A stretch of DNA of 64,000 bases, taken from positions 1,970-65,969 of the forward strand of contig CAMEJD010000008.1 of assembly GCA_945919375.1 (NCBI GenBank), written 5' to 3'. Below, one piece after another: positions 63,289 to 64,000 of this stretch; within the stretch, counting starts at the first letter, position 1; every line of letters starts with the position of its first letter. The DNA comes from an uncultured Clostridia bacterium (GTDB lineage Bacteria; Bacillota; Clostridia; Christensenellales; UBA1242). Both the position numbers and the translations under genes were made by a program. The notes under the pieces were generated by a model. The model saw nothing but the letters and a program-made list of their open reading frames with translations. It searched no databases and was not told the origin of the DNA.

Positions 63289-64000
63289 ATGCTGTTTTTG
63301 TTAATGTTATGCTTGTGCCTGTCGTTGTTGGCAAATTTGTGTAAGGTGTTGTCCCGTTGCTATCCTTCCATGTTCCACCACTTGGCAAAGAAATGTCAGT
63401 TTTTGGGTTTATTTTAGGTGATTTTATTTCCGTTAATTGAGTACAATTGTATAAAAAACTACTATATGATGTTACTTTTGACAAGTCAAAACTACTTACA
63501 TCTAAACTTGTTAAACTGCTACAATTATAAAACATATTATACATATTTGTAACATTAGATGTGTTAAAGTTGCTTACATCTAAACTTGTTAAACTGCTAC
63601 ATCCAGAAAACATACAATACATACTTGTAACATTAGATGTATCAAAACTGCTAACATCTAGACTTGTTAAATTGCCACATCCCCAAAACATATATTCCAT
63701 ATTTGTTACTTTTGATGTGTTAAACATGCTTAAATCCAAACTTGTAAGCGAGTTACAATTATAAAACATTCCACCATTATGATATGAACTCTTTCCCATA
63801 TCTGTCACCATTGACGTATCAAAATTGCTTAAGTCTAATTCTGTTAAACCGCTACAACCTGAGAACATACCAACCATTTTGGTGACATGGGATGTGTCAA
63901 AACTACTTAAATTCAAACTTGTTAAACTGCTACAACCTTGAAACATTCCTCTATCATAATTCCCACCCATTAGTGTTACATTCTTGGTATTAAAATTTCT
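63287..64000 (-). CDS. Second DUF285/BspA-like LRR surface protein (5' part outside the window)
   Basis: Frame open to the window edge (RNFNTKNVTLMGGNYDRGMF...); same repeats and near-identical C-cap as 60941-62992. Confidence 0.9.
   Translation of the reverse strand, partial: RNFNTKNVTLMGGNYDRGMFQGCSSLTSLNLSSFDTSHVTKMVGMFSGCSGLTELDLSNFDTSMVTDMGKSSYHNGGMFYNCNSLTSLDLSMFNTSKVTNMEYMFWGCGNLTSLDVSSFDTSNVTSMYCMFSGCSSLTSLDVSNFNTSNVTNMYNMFYNCSSLTSLDVSSFDLSKVTSYSSFLYNCTQLTEIKSPKINPKTDISLPSGGTWKDSNGTTPYTNLPTTTGTSITLTKTA

Noticed and set aside
60941-64000. Diversity-generating retroelement behind the LRR variability
   Set aside because: No reverse transcriptase or non-coding template repeat is present in the window, and I saw no pair differing only at adenines. 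It cannot be excluded for the rest of the genome.

Overview
AT-rich, gene-dense core-chromosome segment of a streamlined Clostridia-like firmicute, read with the standard code. Almost all genes are on the minus strand. In window order it holds mutL-mutS-miaB, PBP1A, recA-cinA-pgsA-rimO-ftsK-ylxY-pnp-rpsO, hemZ-rel-recJ-secF-secD-yajC-tgt-queA, iscU/iscS-like-trxA-hslUV-trmFO-topA-dprA-comM, U32-DUF3343-cysteine desulfurase, yraN-rnhB-rbgA-trmD-rimM-khpA-rpsP-ffh-ylxM, hemW-lepA, glpQ and parC/parE-type topoisomerase genes. I recognised no rRNA, tRNA, CRISPR array, transposase or integrase. Two unusual themes stand out. (1) Several full-length, uninterrupted housekeeping homologues have lost their signature catalytic residues: an IscS-IscU pair with no PLP lysine, no persulfide cysteine and no Fe-S ligands; SecD/SecF without the ion-coupling Asp/Arg; Rel without its HD hydrolase motifs; CinA degenerate in both domains; and MiaB without its TRAM domain. 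(2) Surface leucine-rich-repeat (LRR) genes have a near-fixed repeat framework with hypervariable di-residues. They sit in cassette-like units bounded by duplicated palindromes, with a recurring 48-bp element, an XRE operator switch and a poly-G promoter spacer. Family assignments come from motif recognition by eye; no database searches were run.
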